32,000 bases of DNA from Acaryochloris marina MBIC11017. GTDB taxonomy: Bacteria > Cyanobacteriota > Cyanobacteriia > Thermosynechococcales > Thermosynechococcaceae. Each line of letters begins with the position of its first letter. Position 1 is the first letter of the stretch. A program made the position numbers and the translations under genes. The stretch is taken from positions 4,320,001 to 4,352,000 of the forward strand of contig NC_009925.1 in NCBI RefSeq assembly GCF_000018105.1, given 5' to 3'. Positions 15,679-24,159 of the stretch are shown here, piece by piece. The notes under the pieces are model-generated. The model did not search any database. It was not told where the DNA came from and was given only the letters and a program-made list of their open reading frames with translations.

Positions 15679-17004
15679 TTGTCTAATTTGCAGCGATTTC
15701 GAAAGCTAACACTTTGGTTGTATCAACGGATAGCACTGATCCTGGTGCTGCTGCTTTGTATGGGTACGGGGGTTGCCCTCTCGGGCACCTTTGAGTTATC
15801 GGCAGATTTAGTGGATGCCCAAGCACTTCAACATGCGCGGGTTTCTGTGAATACGGTTAAGGAAGCTTGGCTCCTTTATAGCCAGTCTGTGGTGGGGCGC
15901 CTGGATGATGTAGATAATGTGACGGCAAGTCCTGAATACCATCAAATGGCAGGTGGTGTTCCAGTGCCTGCGACTTTCACAATTGAGTTGGGAGAACGGG
16001 TCAGCCAATCGGAAAGTGGTCTATCTTTTCGCTTGTTTAGTAACTACCCCTTTCCCAATCGCCAAGGGTCAGGGGGACCCCAAAATATATTTGAACAGAA
16101 GGCGCTGAAGTATTTACAGCGAAACCCGACTGGCTTCTACTACCAAAAAGCGAAAGAGAAGGATCACCTTTTGTTTCGCTATGCCGAAGCCGTCCAAATG
16201 GAACCGAGCTGTGTCAAGTGTCATAACACTTGGCCAGGGAGTCCTAAAACCGATTGGCAGGTGGGCGATGTACGAGGAGTTCTAGAAATCACTCAGCCCA
16301 TTGATGCCTTTGTGGCTCAGGCGCAAGAGGGGTTAAAGAGTATCTGGACCACATTGATTGTGATTGGCTGTCTGGCGGTCACCAGCCTGATCCTAGTGAT
16401 TAGCTACTTACAGAATAGTAATCAAATTTTGCAGGCTAAGGTTGAGGCAAAGACCGCTGCCCTAAATCGACTGGCCCATCTGGATGGCTTGACTGAACTG
16501 GCTAATCGGCGGTGTTTTGATCAGGTATTGGAGCAAGAATGGCGACGTATGCAGCGCCAACAGAAGCCTTTGGCTTTGATTATGTGTGATGCTGATTATT
16601 TCAAACGCTTTAATGATGCCTATGGTCATCAAGCAGGGGATCACTGTCTCCAAAAGATTGCTTGTGTCATCAACGCCAACGTCAGGCGGACGGGAGATTT
16701 AGCGACTCGTTATGGGGGCGAAGAGTTTGCAGTGATCATGCCCAATACCGATCATAAGCAGGCCTGTCTGGTGGCGGAAAAAATCCAGCGGGCGATGCTT
16801 GATTTGCGAATTGAGCATTTGCAGTCTGAGGTGGCCGATCATGTCACTTTGAGTATTGGGATTGCGAGCACTGTGCCCCAACCTATTTATCACCCCACTC
16901 ACTTGGTGGCGGTTGCGGATGCAGCTCTGTATGAGGCCAAGGTCAATGGCCGCAATCAAATTATTGTTAAACTTCCTGAGATAGTGGCAAGTCGGCGGAC
17001 TTAG
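15679..17004 (+). CDS. diguanylate cyclase (GGDEF) with periplasmic DUF3365-like haem-c sensor domain
   Basis: TM helix, ~190-aa loop with CVKCH (CxxCH, 16210..16224), second TM helix, coiled coil, then a GGDEF domain with GGEEF (16714..16728) and RTGD (RxxD) five residues upstream. TTG start. Confidence 0.85.
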   Translation: MSNLQRFRKLTLWLYQRIALILVLLLCMGTGVALSGTFELSADLVDAQALQHARVSVNTVKEAWLLYSQSVVGRLDDVDNVTASPEYHQMAGGVPVPATFTIELGERVSQSESGLSFRLFSNYPFPNRQGSGGPQNIFEQKALKYLQRNPTGFYYQKAKEKDHLLFRYAEAVQMEPSCVKCHNTWPGSPKTDWQVGDVRGVLEITQPIDAFVAQAQEGLKSIWTTLIVIGCLAVTSLILVISYLQNSNQILQAKVEAKTAALNRLAHLDGLTELANRRCFDQVLEQEWRRMQRQQKPLALIMCDADYFKRFNDAYGHQAGDHCLQKIACVINANVRRTGDLATRYGGEEFAVIMPNTDHKQACLVAEKIQRAMLDLRIEHLQSEVADHVTLSIGIASTVPQPIYHPTHLVAVADAALYEAKVNGRNQIIVKLPEIVASRRT

Positions 17005-19442
17005 CTTCTGAGGCTCACCTTGAACTGCTTTTCTAGGGCGTTACGCACCTTTTGGTGGATGGGGTTGACCTCTTCGTCCGTGAGGGTGCGATCGCACGCC
17101 TGATACAGCAATCGAAACGCCAAACTCCGCTGCCCTTCCGGCACATGTTCCCCTTGGTATTCATCAAACAGCTCAATGGCCGTCAGCAGGGATTGCTTAC
17201 GACCGCCTGCTGCCTTGCGAATCACTTTTTCGATTTCGGCAACAGTTACCTCCGTAGGAATAAAGAAAGCCAAATCGCGATCAGCAGCTGGATAGGTGGA
17301 ATAGGTAGAAAATAACGTTGCCTTCGTCTGCAAGCGGGCGAGCTGTTCTAGCAGTAAGTCTAAATTCAGCTCAAAGACATAGACCGTCGGCAAGTCTCGC
17401 TCCTGCTGCACTTGAGGATGGATCTGGCCGAAATAGCCAAGCTTCGCTCCCTGAGAAATCAGGGCCGCCGTGCATCCCGGATGGAGCCGCTGATCAGGAC
17501 AATCGGATTGAAACGTCACTGACAATCCCAACTGGCTTAGGACTCGCTCCAATAATCCCTTGGCTTCGAACCAGGTCATGGCATAGTCTTGATTGGCGGT
17601 GCGCATCCATTTGCCTTGGGCGGGGTCGCCCCCCAGAATGCCTGCAATGGCCCGAGCCTCTTTTAGTTTCTCGCCCTCTTTCCAGAACACTTGGCCGATT
17701 TCAAAGCCATTGAGCGCTCCATTCCCCTGTTCCCAGTTGCGTTGACAGGCATTCAGCAAGCTGGTCAGCATTTCCGTGCGCAGAGCAGAGAACTCCACCA
17801 ATAAGGGATTCACCACGACCACTTGGTCATCCCCCCCAGGTTTGACCCAGGAATAGTGGATTAGCTCAGTTAACCCCACTGCCCGGAAGGCTTCTCTGAG
17901 TTTACGGGCCAAAGCATCCTGACTGGATAGGGTGCCTAACTCGGTCTTAGCAGGTAAAGTCTCACAGAAATTGTCATAGCCATACAGTCGAGCAATTTCC
18001 TCTACCAAGTCGATTTCGCGTTCAATATCGCTATGGCGATGGGGCGGCACCTTGACAGTCCAGGTCTCAGGCCGATTGGTGGGGGTCGTGTCAAAACTGA
18101 GAGATTTTAAAATCGGCAGGATATCTTTGGCGGTTAAGTCTGTTGGCTCACCTTTCTTACCTTTGACTTTACCCAACACATGATTCACTCGATCCAAACG
18201 CAGCTCAATCGACCGTTCCAAAGACTTGCGATGGTCGGCTCGCTGTTGAGCAACCACCTTGGCCCCTGTCAAATCCACCAACAGCTGCAAGGCATGCAGG
18301 CAAGCAGTTTCTAATTGAGATTCATTGACCCCACGCTCGTAGCGGGCCGAGGCTTCACTGCGGAGGCTTTGACTACGGGCTGAGCGTCGAATGGTCAGAG
18401 AGTTGAATAGCGCAGCTTCCAGGACTAAGCGAGTACTCGTGTCTTTAACTTCAGTCTCCTCACCTCCCATTACGCCCCCTAAGGCCACTGGCTGATCATT
18501 AGCGGTAATCACCAGGGTTTGTTCCTGCAGCTTGCGCTTTTGGCTATCCAGGGTTGTGAGGGTTTCACCAGATTTGGCGAGACGTACGCCTAAGGTCAGG
18601 GGCTTTTTCTTTGCTAAAGTCTCCAAGGAATCAGCATCAAAGGCATGGAGGGGCTGTCCCCATTCCAGCAGGATGTAGTTGGTAATATCCACCACATTAT
18701 TAATGGGGCGAGTGCCAGCGGCGATTAGTCGCTGCTGCAGCCAGCCTGGAGAAGGGGCGATGGTGACATTTTCTAGTACCGTGGCGATATAGGCAGGGCA
18801 GGCTTCTGCGTCAGACAAGTCCACTTTGACGTCCTTGCCGGAGGGAATCTCCAATTTGGGGGTAGCAGGAAGTTTTAGCTTTGCCCCTGTCAGTGCCGTG
18901 ACTTCACGAGCCACTCCGACCATGCTGAGAGCATCGGCACGGTTCGCGGTGGAGGTCAGATCTAAGATGACGTCATCTAATCCTAAGAGGGGGCGGACAT
19001 CATTTCCAACTGCTACCCCATCCGTTTCAAAGCTATGGATGCCATCAATCTCGCTTTCTAAGCCCAGCTCGGTAAGGGAGCAAATCATTCCGGCAGAAGG
19101 TACACCTCGGAGTTTAGCTTTTTTGATTTTTAAGTCCGGTGTGGGTAAGTAGGTGCCTAAGGTAGCGACAGGTACATATAGTCCGGCTTTGACGTTGGGG
19201 GCACCACAGACAATTTGAGATGGCTCTGCTTCACCAATATCAACGGTACAAACGCGTAGTTTATCGGCATTGGGATGGGACTCACAGGTCAGCACTTTCC
19301 CCACCACAACGCCATCCGCCCAAGTGCGCAAATCTTCAATATCCTCAACCTCAAACCCAGCCAGAGTCAGTTGTTCTGCCAAATCTTCGGGTGACAGATC
19401 GATATCGACTAGATTTTTAAGCCAATTGAGAGAGATACGCAT
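17001..19442 (-). CDS. pheT: phenylalanine--tRNA ligase beta subunit
   Basis: 813 aa. N-terminal MRISLNWLK..., a tRNA-binding domain, B3/4 and B5 regions, and a C-terminal anticodon-binding-like domain. The match to PheT is unmistakable. Confidence 0.97.
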   Translation of the reverse strand: MRISLNWLKNLVDIDLSPEDLAEQLTLAGFEVEDIEDLRTWADGVVVGKVLTCESHPNADKLRVCTVDIGEAEPSQIVCGAPNVKAGLYVPVATLGTYLPTPDLKIKKAKLRGVPSAGMICSLTELGLESEIDGIHSFETDGVAVGNDVRPLLGLDDVILDLTSTANRADALSMVGVAREVTALTGAKLKLPATPKLEIPSGKDVKVDLSDAEACPAYIATVLENVTIAPSPGWLQQRLIAAGTRPINNVVDITNYILLEWGQPLHAFDADSLETLAKKKPLTLGVRLAKSGETLTTLDSQKRKLQEQTLVITANDQPVALGGVMGGEETEVKDTSTRLVLEAALFNSLTIRRSARSQSLRSEASARYERGVNESQLETACLHALQLLVDLTGAKVVAQQRADHRKSLERSIELRLDRVNHVLGKVKGKKGEPTDLTAKDILPILKSLSFDTTPTNRPETWTVKVPPHRHSDIEREIDLVEEIARLYGYDNFCETLPAKTELGTLSSQDALARKLREAFRAVGLTELIHYSWVKPGGDDQVVVVNPLLVEFSALRTEMLTSLLNACQRNWEQGNGALNGFEIGQVFWKEGEKLKEARAIAGILGGDPAQGKWMRTANQDYAMTWFEAKGLLERVLSQLGLSVTFQSDCPDQRLHPGCTAALISQGAKLGYFGQIHPQVQQERDLPTVYVFELNLDLLLEQLARLQTKATLFSTYSTYPAADRDLAFFIPTEVTVAEIEKVIRKAAGGRKQSLLTAIELFDEYQGEHVPEGQRSLAFRLLYQACDRTLTDEEVNPIHQKVRNALEKQFKVSLRS

Positions 19443-19793
19443 AAATTTGGTGCTAGTTGAATTAAGAGTGAGATAGTTCGAATCAAGGTCCAGCCTAGTG
19501 TACGGGCTGAGATGATCAACTACAGAGCAAAAAAAGAAGCTGATTGAAATCTACATCGCAGGGATTCCATCAGCATGACGTTTGTCACAGTCTCTATTGT
19601 GCGGTAATCGAATCACAGAGTGCAAACATTCTTGTTTTTCAATGAAATGGTTATTTGCCATAACCATCAAATGATGGCTATGGAGCCTGTGTTATGCCAG
19701 ATGTTCTGAAGCCACTTGAATGGACTAGTCTTTAGCTAGAATAAGAAAATTATCATTAGCCCAATCTTCAGGGTAAAGAGGTAATGGGCAAAG

Positions 19794-20018
19794 ATGCCCA
19801 AAAAGATCAAAGATTTGAAGCGGCTGTTGCAAAAGGCAGGGTTTGTATTGCTGCCCAAGCGGGGTAAAGGAAGTCACTCTTACTGGATTCATGAACTCTT
19901 GCCTAAGCCAGTTGTTTTGTCTGGCAAGGATGGTGGAGATGCAAAGCCCTACCAAGAGAAGCGAGTAGATGAAGCATTAAAGACGGTAGAACGGTTACAA
20001 GGTGAAGAAGATAAATGA
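19794..20018 (+). CDS. hicA: type II toxin-antitoxin system toxin, HicA family
   Basis: 74 aa. K.L.RLLQKAGF....KRGKGSHSYW.H......VVLSGKDG.D.KPY matches the HicA/YcfA pattern. Located directly upstream of a HicB-like gene. Confidence 0.8.
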   Translation: MPKKIKDLKRLLQKAGFVLLPKRGKGSHSYWIHELLPKPVVLSGKDGGDAKPYQEKRVDEALKTVERLQGEEDK

Positions 20019-20057
20019 AAGACGGTAGAACGGTTACAAGGTGAAGAAGATAAATGA
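19980..20057 (+). repeat. perfect 39-bp tandem duplication (2 copies) spanning the hicA stop / hicB start
   Basis: aagacggtagaacggttacaaggtgaagaagataaatga occurs at 19980..20018 and again at 20019..20057 (gacgg at 19982 and 20021). Confidence 0.95.
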
Positions 20058-20260
20058 AATACAGCATTCTTATTCAGTGGTCTGATTCTGATCAGTCTTA
20101 TATTGCAAGCTTGCCAGAGTGGGGAAGATTCGCATCAACCCACGGTGACACCTATGAAGAAGCTTTGGAAAATGCCAGAGAAGTTTTAGAGGATCTCATC
20201 TACGCCTATGGGCAAATGGGGAGGCCCTTACCTTTACCAAAAGTTCTACAGGTTGCGTAA
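20054..20260 (+). CDS. hicB: type II toxin-antitoxin system antitoxin, HicB family (short form)
   Basis: 68 aa. MKYSILIQWSDSDQSYIASLPEW....THGDTYEEALENAREVLEDLI matches the HicB/UPF0150 N-terminal fold pattern. Gene order is hicA then hicB. Confidence 0.75.
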   Translation: MKYSILIQWSDSDQSYIASLPEWGRFASTHGDTYEEALENAREVLEDLIYAYGQMGRPLPLPKVLQVA

Positions 20261-20411
20261 TCTTTAGATTGGGTATTTTAGTGTTCAAAGTACTTGTAAC
20301 TAATCAAAACTAAACTATCCCAGACTTGGGACTAACGGCTGAACAAGTGCTGAAGGCAGGGCGTTGACATTGCTTTAACTCAGACACCCTCATAAATATG
20401 AGATCGAATGG

Positions 20412-20924
20412 TTGTTATTGGACGAGCCACATAATCCGTTTTATTTCAATACAATTCCACAGAAAGTTGTAGTGTCTAATTTCGTAGGAAAGTGTCCATA
20501 TTGTTCTCATCGAATTAAGGCTTGGACAGATACCCCACACGGCTCAGAGTATAACTGTCCTCGATGTTCCAGGACCTTCGATGTCTTGCTGACAGACTTC
20601 AACAATCATTCTCCACACGAAATTAGTGAGCACTTCCCTTGCTTAGTGTTCAAGATGGGGGAACTTACAGCTTTTACGGTGAGAAAAGAACAGAGATTTT
20701 GTGAAGTGTGTGGAACTTTCTATAGGCAAGACGAGAATGTGTGTCCCAATCTACTTGAGGAGATTGTGTATTGGTACCACCACCCCGAAGTGATTTCCAA
20801 CAAGACAGACGAACTAGACCCAGATTTAGTACAGGGAGAAATCAAAGTGTATCTTGCCGCTAATTTTAAAGACAGAGTTGTACGTAGAATCATTAACGGA
20901 AACTTGAAAAAGAAGAAAGAGTAG
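20412..20924 (+). CDS. hypothetical Cys-rich protein with two zinc-ribbon-like motifs
   Basis: CPYC-x19-CPRC, then CEVC-x11-C. Lys-rich tail. TTG start and AT-rich sequence. No family recognised. Confidence 0.45.
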   Translation: MLLDEPHNPFYFNTIPQKVVVSNFVGKCPYCSHRIKAWTDTPHGSEYNCPRCSRTFDVLLTDFNNHSPHEISEHFPCLVFKMGELTAFTVRKEQRFCEVCGTFYRQDENVCPNLLEEIVYWYHHPEVISNKTDELDPDLVQGEIKVYLAANFKDRVVRRIINGNLKKKKE

Positions 20925-21194
20925 AGCGCCTTGTCAGGAAACAGTTAACGTCAGAGCCGTTTCAAGTTCTTGAGAGCAAATCTGAAGCGGGTATTATTTC
21001 TCAAATGCTCTTTGTATCTAAAGAATCTTAGTTTTCCTGAATAAGCTCTGGTGAGCTGGGAAAGGCCCCATATTTATTTAGGTGCAAAAAGCAGAATTAA
21101 TAGGTGCAAAAATCAGCGATAGATGCTGATTCAACTCATCATATTAAAGTCCCATTTCTGCAAGAGCTAGTACCGATGCGGGAAGCCTGAGGTT

Positions 21195-22595
21195 ATGTCA
21201 GCTAACAACGATATGTTTGAGCAATCCCATCGCCAGGCCGGAGATCTTATCGCGGAGCGATACCGCCTCCTTTCTGTACTCGGTAAAGGAGGGGCTGGCA
21301 TTACCTATGCCGCAGAAGATATTTATACCCAACAGGAGTTTGCCCTCAAAGAACTATCCCTAAAGGGCATGGGGGATTGGAAACAGCTAGAACTGTTTGA
21401 ACGCGAAGCCAAGGTTTTGTCTCAACTCAATCATCCAGCCATCCCCAACTATATCGACTACTTTCAAACCGATACTGAAGAAGATCGGTGGTTCTATATC
21501 GTTCAGGAATTAGCCCCCGGTCAGTCCCTAGCCGACTTGGTGAAAGAAGGATGGCGGGCTAGCCAAGCTGAAGTGCGTCAGTTAGCCTTACAAATTCTGG
21601 ACATTCTGAAATACTTACATGAGCTAACCCCACCGATTATTCATCGGGATATTAAGCCACAAAATATTATCCGCAGTGAAGAGGGTCAGATTTACCTGGT
21701 GGACTTCGGTGCTGTCCAAAATGTCTATCACAACACGATGGTGGGCAGTACAGTGGTGGGGACCTACGGCTATATGGCCCCTGAGCATTTCCGGGGGAAA
21801 GCGGTTCCCGCCACCGACTTGTACTCTCTCGGAGCAACGCTGCTGTTTTTGCTCACCCACTGTTCCCCTGCTGACTTGCCGCAAAAGCGACTCAAGATAG
21901 ATTTTCGTGCTGCGGTGCAGCTCAAGCCAGACTTTGCGGACTGGCTCGATCAACTGCTGGAACCTGCCGTGGAGGATCGGTTGGCCTCGGCCCAAGACGC
22001 GATTGACGCGCTTAAAGCACCGCCACGACGGGCGCAGTCTACATCTATTACCCCACCCAAAGCCAAAGCCCTGCAGCGAAAACCGATGGGCAGTAAGGTA
22101 AATCTACAACGCACAAGGACCCATCTAAACATTGACATTCCCCCCATTGGCTTACGGGGAGAAACTTTGGGGATTGGCTGTTTTGCTGTGTTTTGGAATG
22201 GGTTTATTTTTGTGTGGACTGCGGGTGCGCTTGCGGCTGGCGCTCCTTTTATCTTTCCCTTATTTTCCATTCCGTTTTGGATTGTTGGTCTTGGTATGGC
22301 GGGAGCGGCCATCTTTGGGATGGCTGGACGAACGCACCTAGAAATTAATCCGCAAACCTTTGAGTTAGTTTGGCAAGTCAAGTCTTTAGGATTCCGATAT
22401 CGTCGCAGTGGACGCACAGAAGATATTGAAGGCATTAAGCTCACGGTTGCCTATACCAGTAATGATCGCCCGGTTAAGGGCTGTACCCTATTGGAAGGCG
22501 TTAACACCCATCGATTTGGTACCATGCTCAGCCCTAGTGAAAAAGGATGGTTAGTGGATGAAATTGGTGATTTTTTAATGTCACAGCAACACTGA
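21195..22595 (+). CDS. Ser/Thr protein kinase with C-terminal TM-hairpin module (paralog 1, subtype A)
   Basis: GKGGAG (GxGxxG), FALKEL Lys, LFEREA Glu, HRDIKPQN, DFG, GTYGYMAPE. Two predicted TM helices at about residues 324-377. GAGG Shine-Dalgarno site. Confidence 0.92.
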   Translation: MSANNDMFEQSHRQAGDLIAERYRLLSVLGKGGAGITYAAEDIYTQQEFALKELSLKGMGDWKQLELFEREAKVLSQLNHPAIPNYIDYFQTDTEEDRWFYIVQELAPGQSLADLVKEGWRASQAEVRQLALQILDILKYLHELTPPIIHRDIKPQNIIRSEEGQIYLVDFGAVQNVYHNTMVGSTVVGTYGYMAPEHFRGKAVPATDLYSLGATLLFLLTHCSPADLPQKRLKIDFRAAVQLKPDFADWLDQLLEPAVEDRLASAQDAIDALKAPPRRAQSTSITPPKAKALQRKPMGSKVNLQRTRTHLNIDIPPIGLRGETLGIGCFAVFWNGFIFVWTAGALAAGAPFIFPLFSIPFWIVGLGMAGAAIFGMAGRTHLEINPQTFELVWQVKSLGFRYRRSGRTEDIEGIKLTVAYTSNDRPVKGCTLLEGVNTHRFGTMLSPSEKGWLVDEIGDFLMSQQH

Positions 22596-22689
22596 GCTGT
22601 TGCTTAGGAACTGCTAACCGACCCAGGCCACTATTCTCTCAATCAAGGTAAGACACAATGGAGATATCTCGTTTAGGACAAGTAACTCC

Positions 22690-24069
22690 ATGCTTGAGCC
22701 GATGTCTCACCAAATTGGAGATCTGATTGCTGGAAGGTATCGCGTGCAATCCATCTTGGGACAGGGTGGTACGGGTATAACCTTTGCTGTGAAAAATGTT
22801 TACAATTACCAGCATTATGCACTCAAAGCATTGTCTCTTAAAGGAATCCAAGAGTGGAAACAGTTAGAACTGTTTGAGCGAGAAGCTAAAGTTCTATCTC
22901 AACTGAATCATCCAGCGATTCCGAACTACATTGACTACTTCCAAATCGATATTGAAGCGGATCGGTGGTTTAATATTGTTCAAGAACTGGCACCAGGCAA
23001 ATCTCTCGCAGATTGGGTGAAAGATGGATGGAACCCTAGCCAAGAAAAAGTGCGTTGTTTGGCATTTCAAATTCTGGATATCCTGAAATATCTACATGAA
23101 CTAACACCACCGATTATTCATCGGGACATTAAACCGCAAAACATTATCCGCAGTGACAAAGGTCAGATTTACTTAGTGGACTTTGGTGCTGTGCAAAATG
23201 TCTATCAAAGCACGATGATGGGCAGTACGGTGGTGGGCACTTATGGTTACATGGCTCCTGAACATTCTCAAGGGAAAGTTGTGCCTGCCACCGACTTATA
23301 TTCTCTAGGGGCAACGCTGTTATTTTTGCTCACCCATTGTTCCCCTACCGATTTACCTCAAAAAAGGTTGAAGATTGATTTTCGCTCTACTGTCCAACTT
23401 GAACCTCAGTTTGCTGATTGGCTCGACCTGATGCTAGAGCCTGCTATAGAAGATCGCTTAGACTCTGCTCAAGCAGCGATTGACGTTCTTCCAGTTCTAC
23501 GACGCGTTTCTCCCTTATCAATTGCCCCACCCAAAGCCATCGCTCCTCCTCGGCAACCAATGGGGAGCAGGGTCAAGTTAAAAAGAACAAGAACCCACCT
23601 TGTACTTGAAATCCCCCCTGCAGGTTTAAAGTTTGAAACCGTTGGATTGGGCTGTTTTGCCCTATTTTGGAATGGGCTAATTCTTCTTTGGACTTTAGGT
23701 GCCGTGGCTGTTGGTGGTTCTTTCATTATTCCCTTATTGTCTATCCCGTTTGGACTTATGGGTATTGTGATGGCCGGAGCTGCACTCTATGGGATGGCAG
23801 GATGCGAACGTCTAGAAATTAGTCCCCAAACCTTTGAATTGGTCTGGCAAGTGGCGACATTCAGACTTCGATATCGTCGTAGTGGTCGAACAGCTGACAT
23901 CGATGGTATTAAGCTGACAACGACCCATACCAGAAATAATCGCCCTGTTAAAGGCTGCACTTTGCTAGAAGGTGCTAACGCACACATATTTGGCATTATG
24001 CTCAGTCCTCGTGAAAAAGTATGGCTAGTTGCGGAAATTGGTGACTTTTTAACGTCACGGCAACAATAA
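22690..24069 (+). CDS. Ser/Thr protein kinase with C-terminal TM-hairpin module (paralog 2, subtype A)
   Basis: Same motif set (GQGGTG, YALKAL, HRDIKPQN, DFG, MAPE) and the same C-terminal module. Confidence 0.92.
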   Translation: MLEPMSHQIGDLIAGRYRVQSILGQGGTGITFAVKNVYNYQHYALKALSLKGIQEWKQLELFEREAKVLSQLNHPAIPNYIDYFQIDIEADRWFNIVQELAPGKSLADWVKDGWNPSQEKVRCLAFQILDILKYLHELTPPIIHRDIKPQNIIRSDKGQIYLVDFGAVQNVYQSTMMGSTVVGTYGYMAPEHSQGKVVPATDLYSLGATLLFLLTHCSPTDLPQKRLKIDFRSTVQLEPQFADWLDLMLEPAIEDRLDSAQAAIDVLPVLRRVSPLSIAPPKAIAPPRQPMGSRVKLKRTRTHLVLEIPPAGLKFETVGLGCFALFWNGLILLWTLGAVAVGGSFIIPLLSIPFGLMGIVMAGAALYGMAGCERLEISPQTFELVWQVATFRLRYRRSGRTADIDGIKLTTTHTRNNRPVKGCTLLEGANAHIFGIMLSPREKVWLVAEIGDFLTSRQQ

Positions 24070-24159
24070 ATTAGGAAATCATGCAAACAGAGTTAGCATG
24101 ATTTTGAACGGGCGAAGGTGAAGGTTAGGAGTAAGCCAGAATGATAGGGCACTTCTTTG

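Noticed and set aside
19725-19955. A 76-aa minus-strand ORF overlapping hicA.
   Set aside because: The plus-strand frame matches the HicA family and is followed by hicB. The minus ORF has no features of its own.
20364-20398. A perfect TTGACA (20364-20369) upstream of the zinc-ribbon ORF, considered as a -35 box with TAAATA/ATAAAT as the -10 box.
   Set aside because: Spacing to the nearest -10-like hexamer is about 22-23 nt, well outside the usual 16-18 nt. It is not supportable as a promoter from sequence alone.
21624-22444. Minus-strand ORFs of 123 and 164 aa inside kinase 1. Similar antisense or alternative-frame ORFs occur inside the other kinases (23469-23726, 23787-24086, 24398-24589, 25777-26049, 26531-26836, 27246-27518, 28012-28224, 28939-29139, 29231-29467).
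   Set aside because: They lie entirely within strongly supported kinase genes and give low-complexity Pro/Arg/Ser-rich translations with no recognisable motifs. They recur only because the sense genes are paralogous, so they are shadow ORFs.
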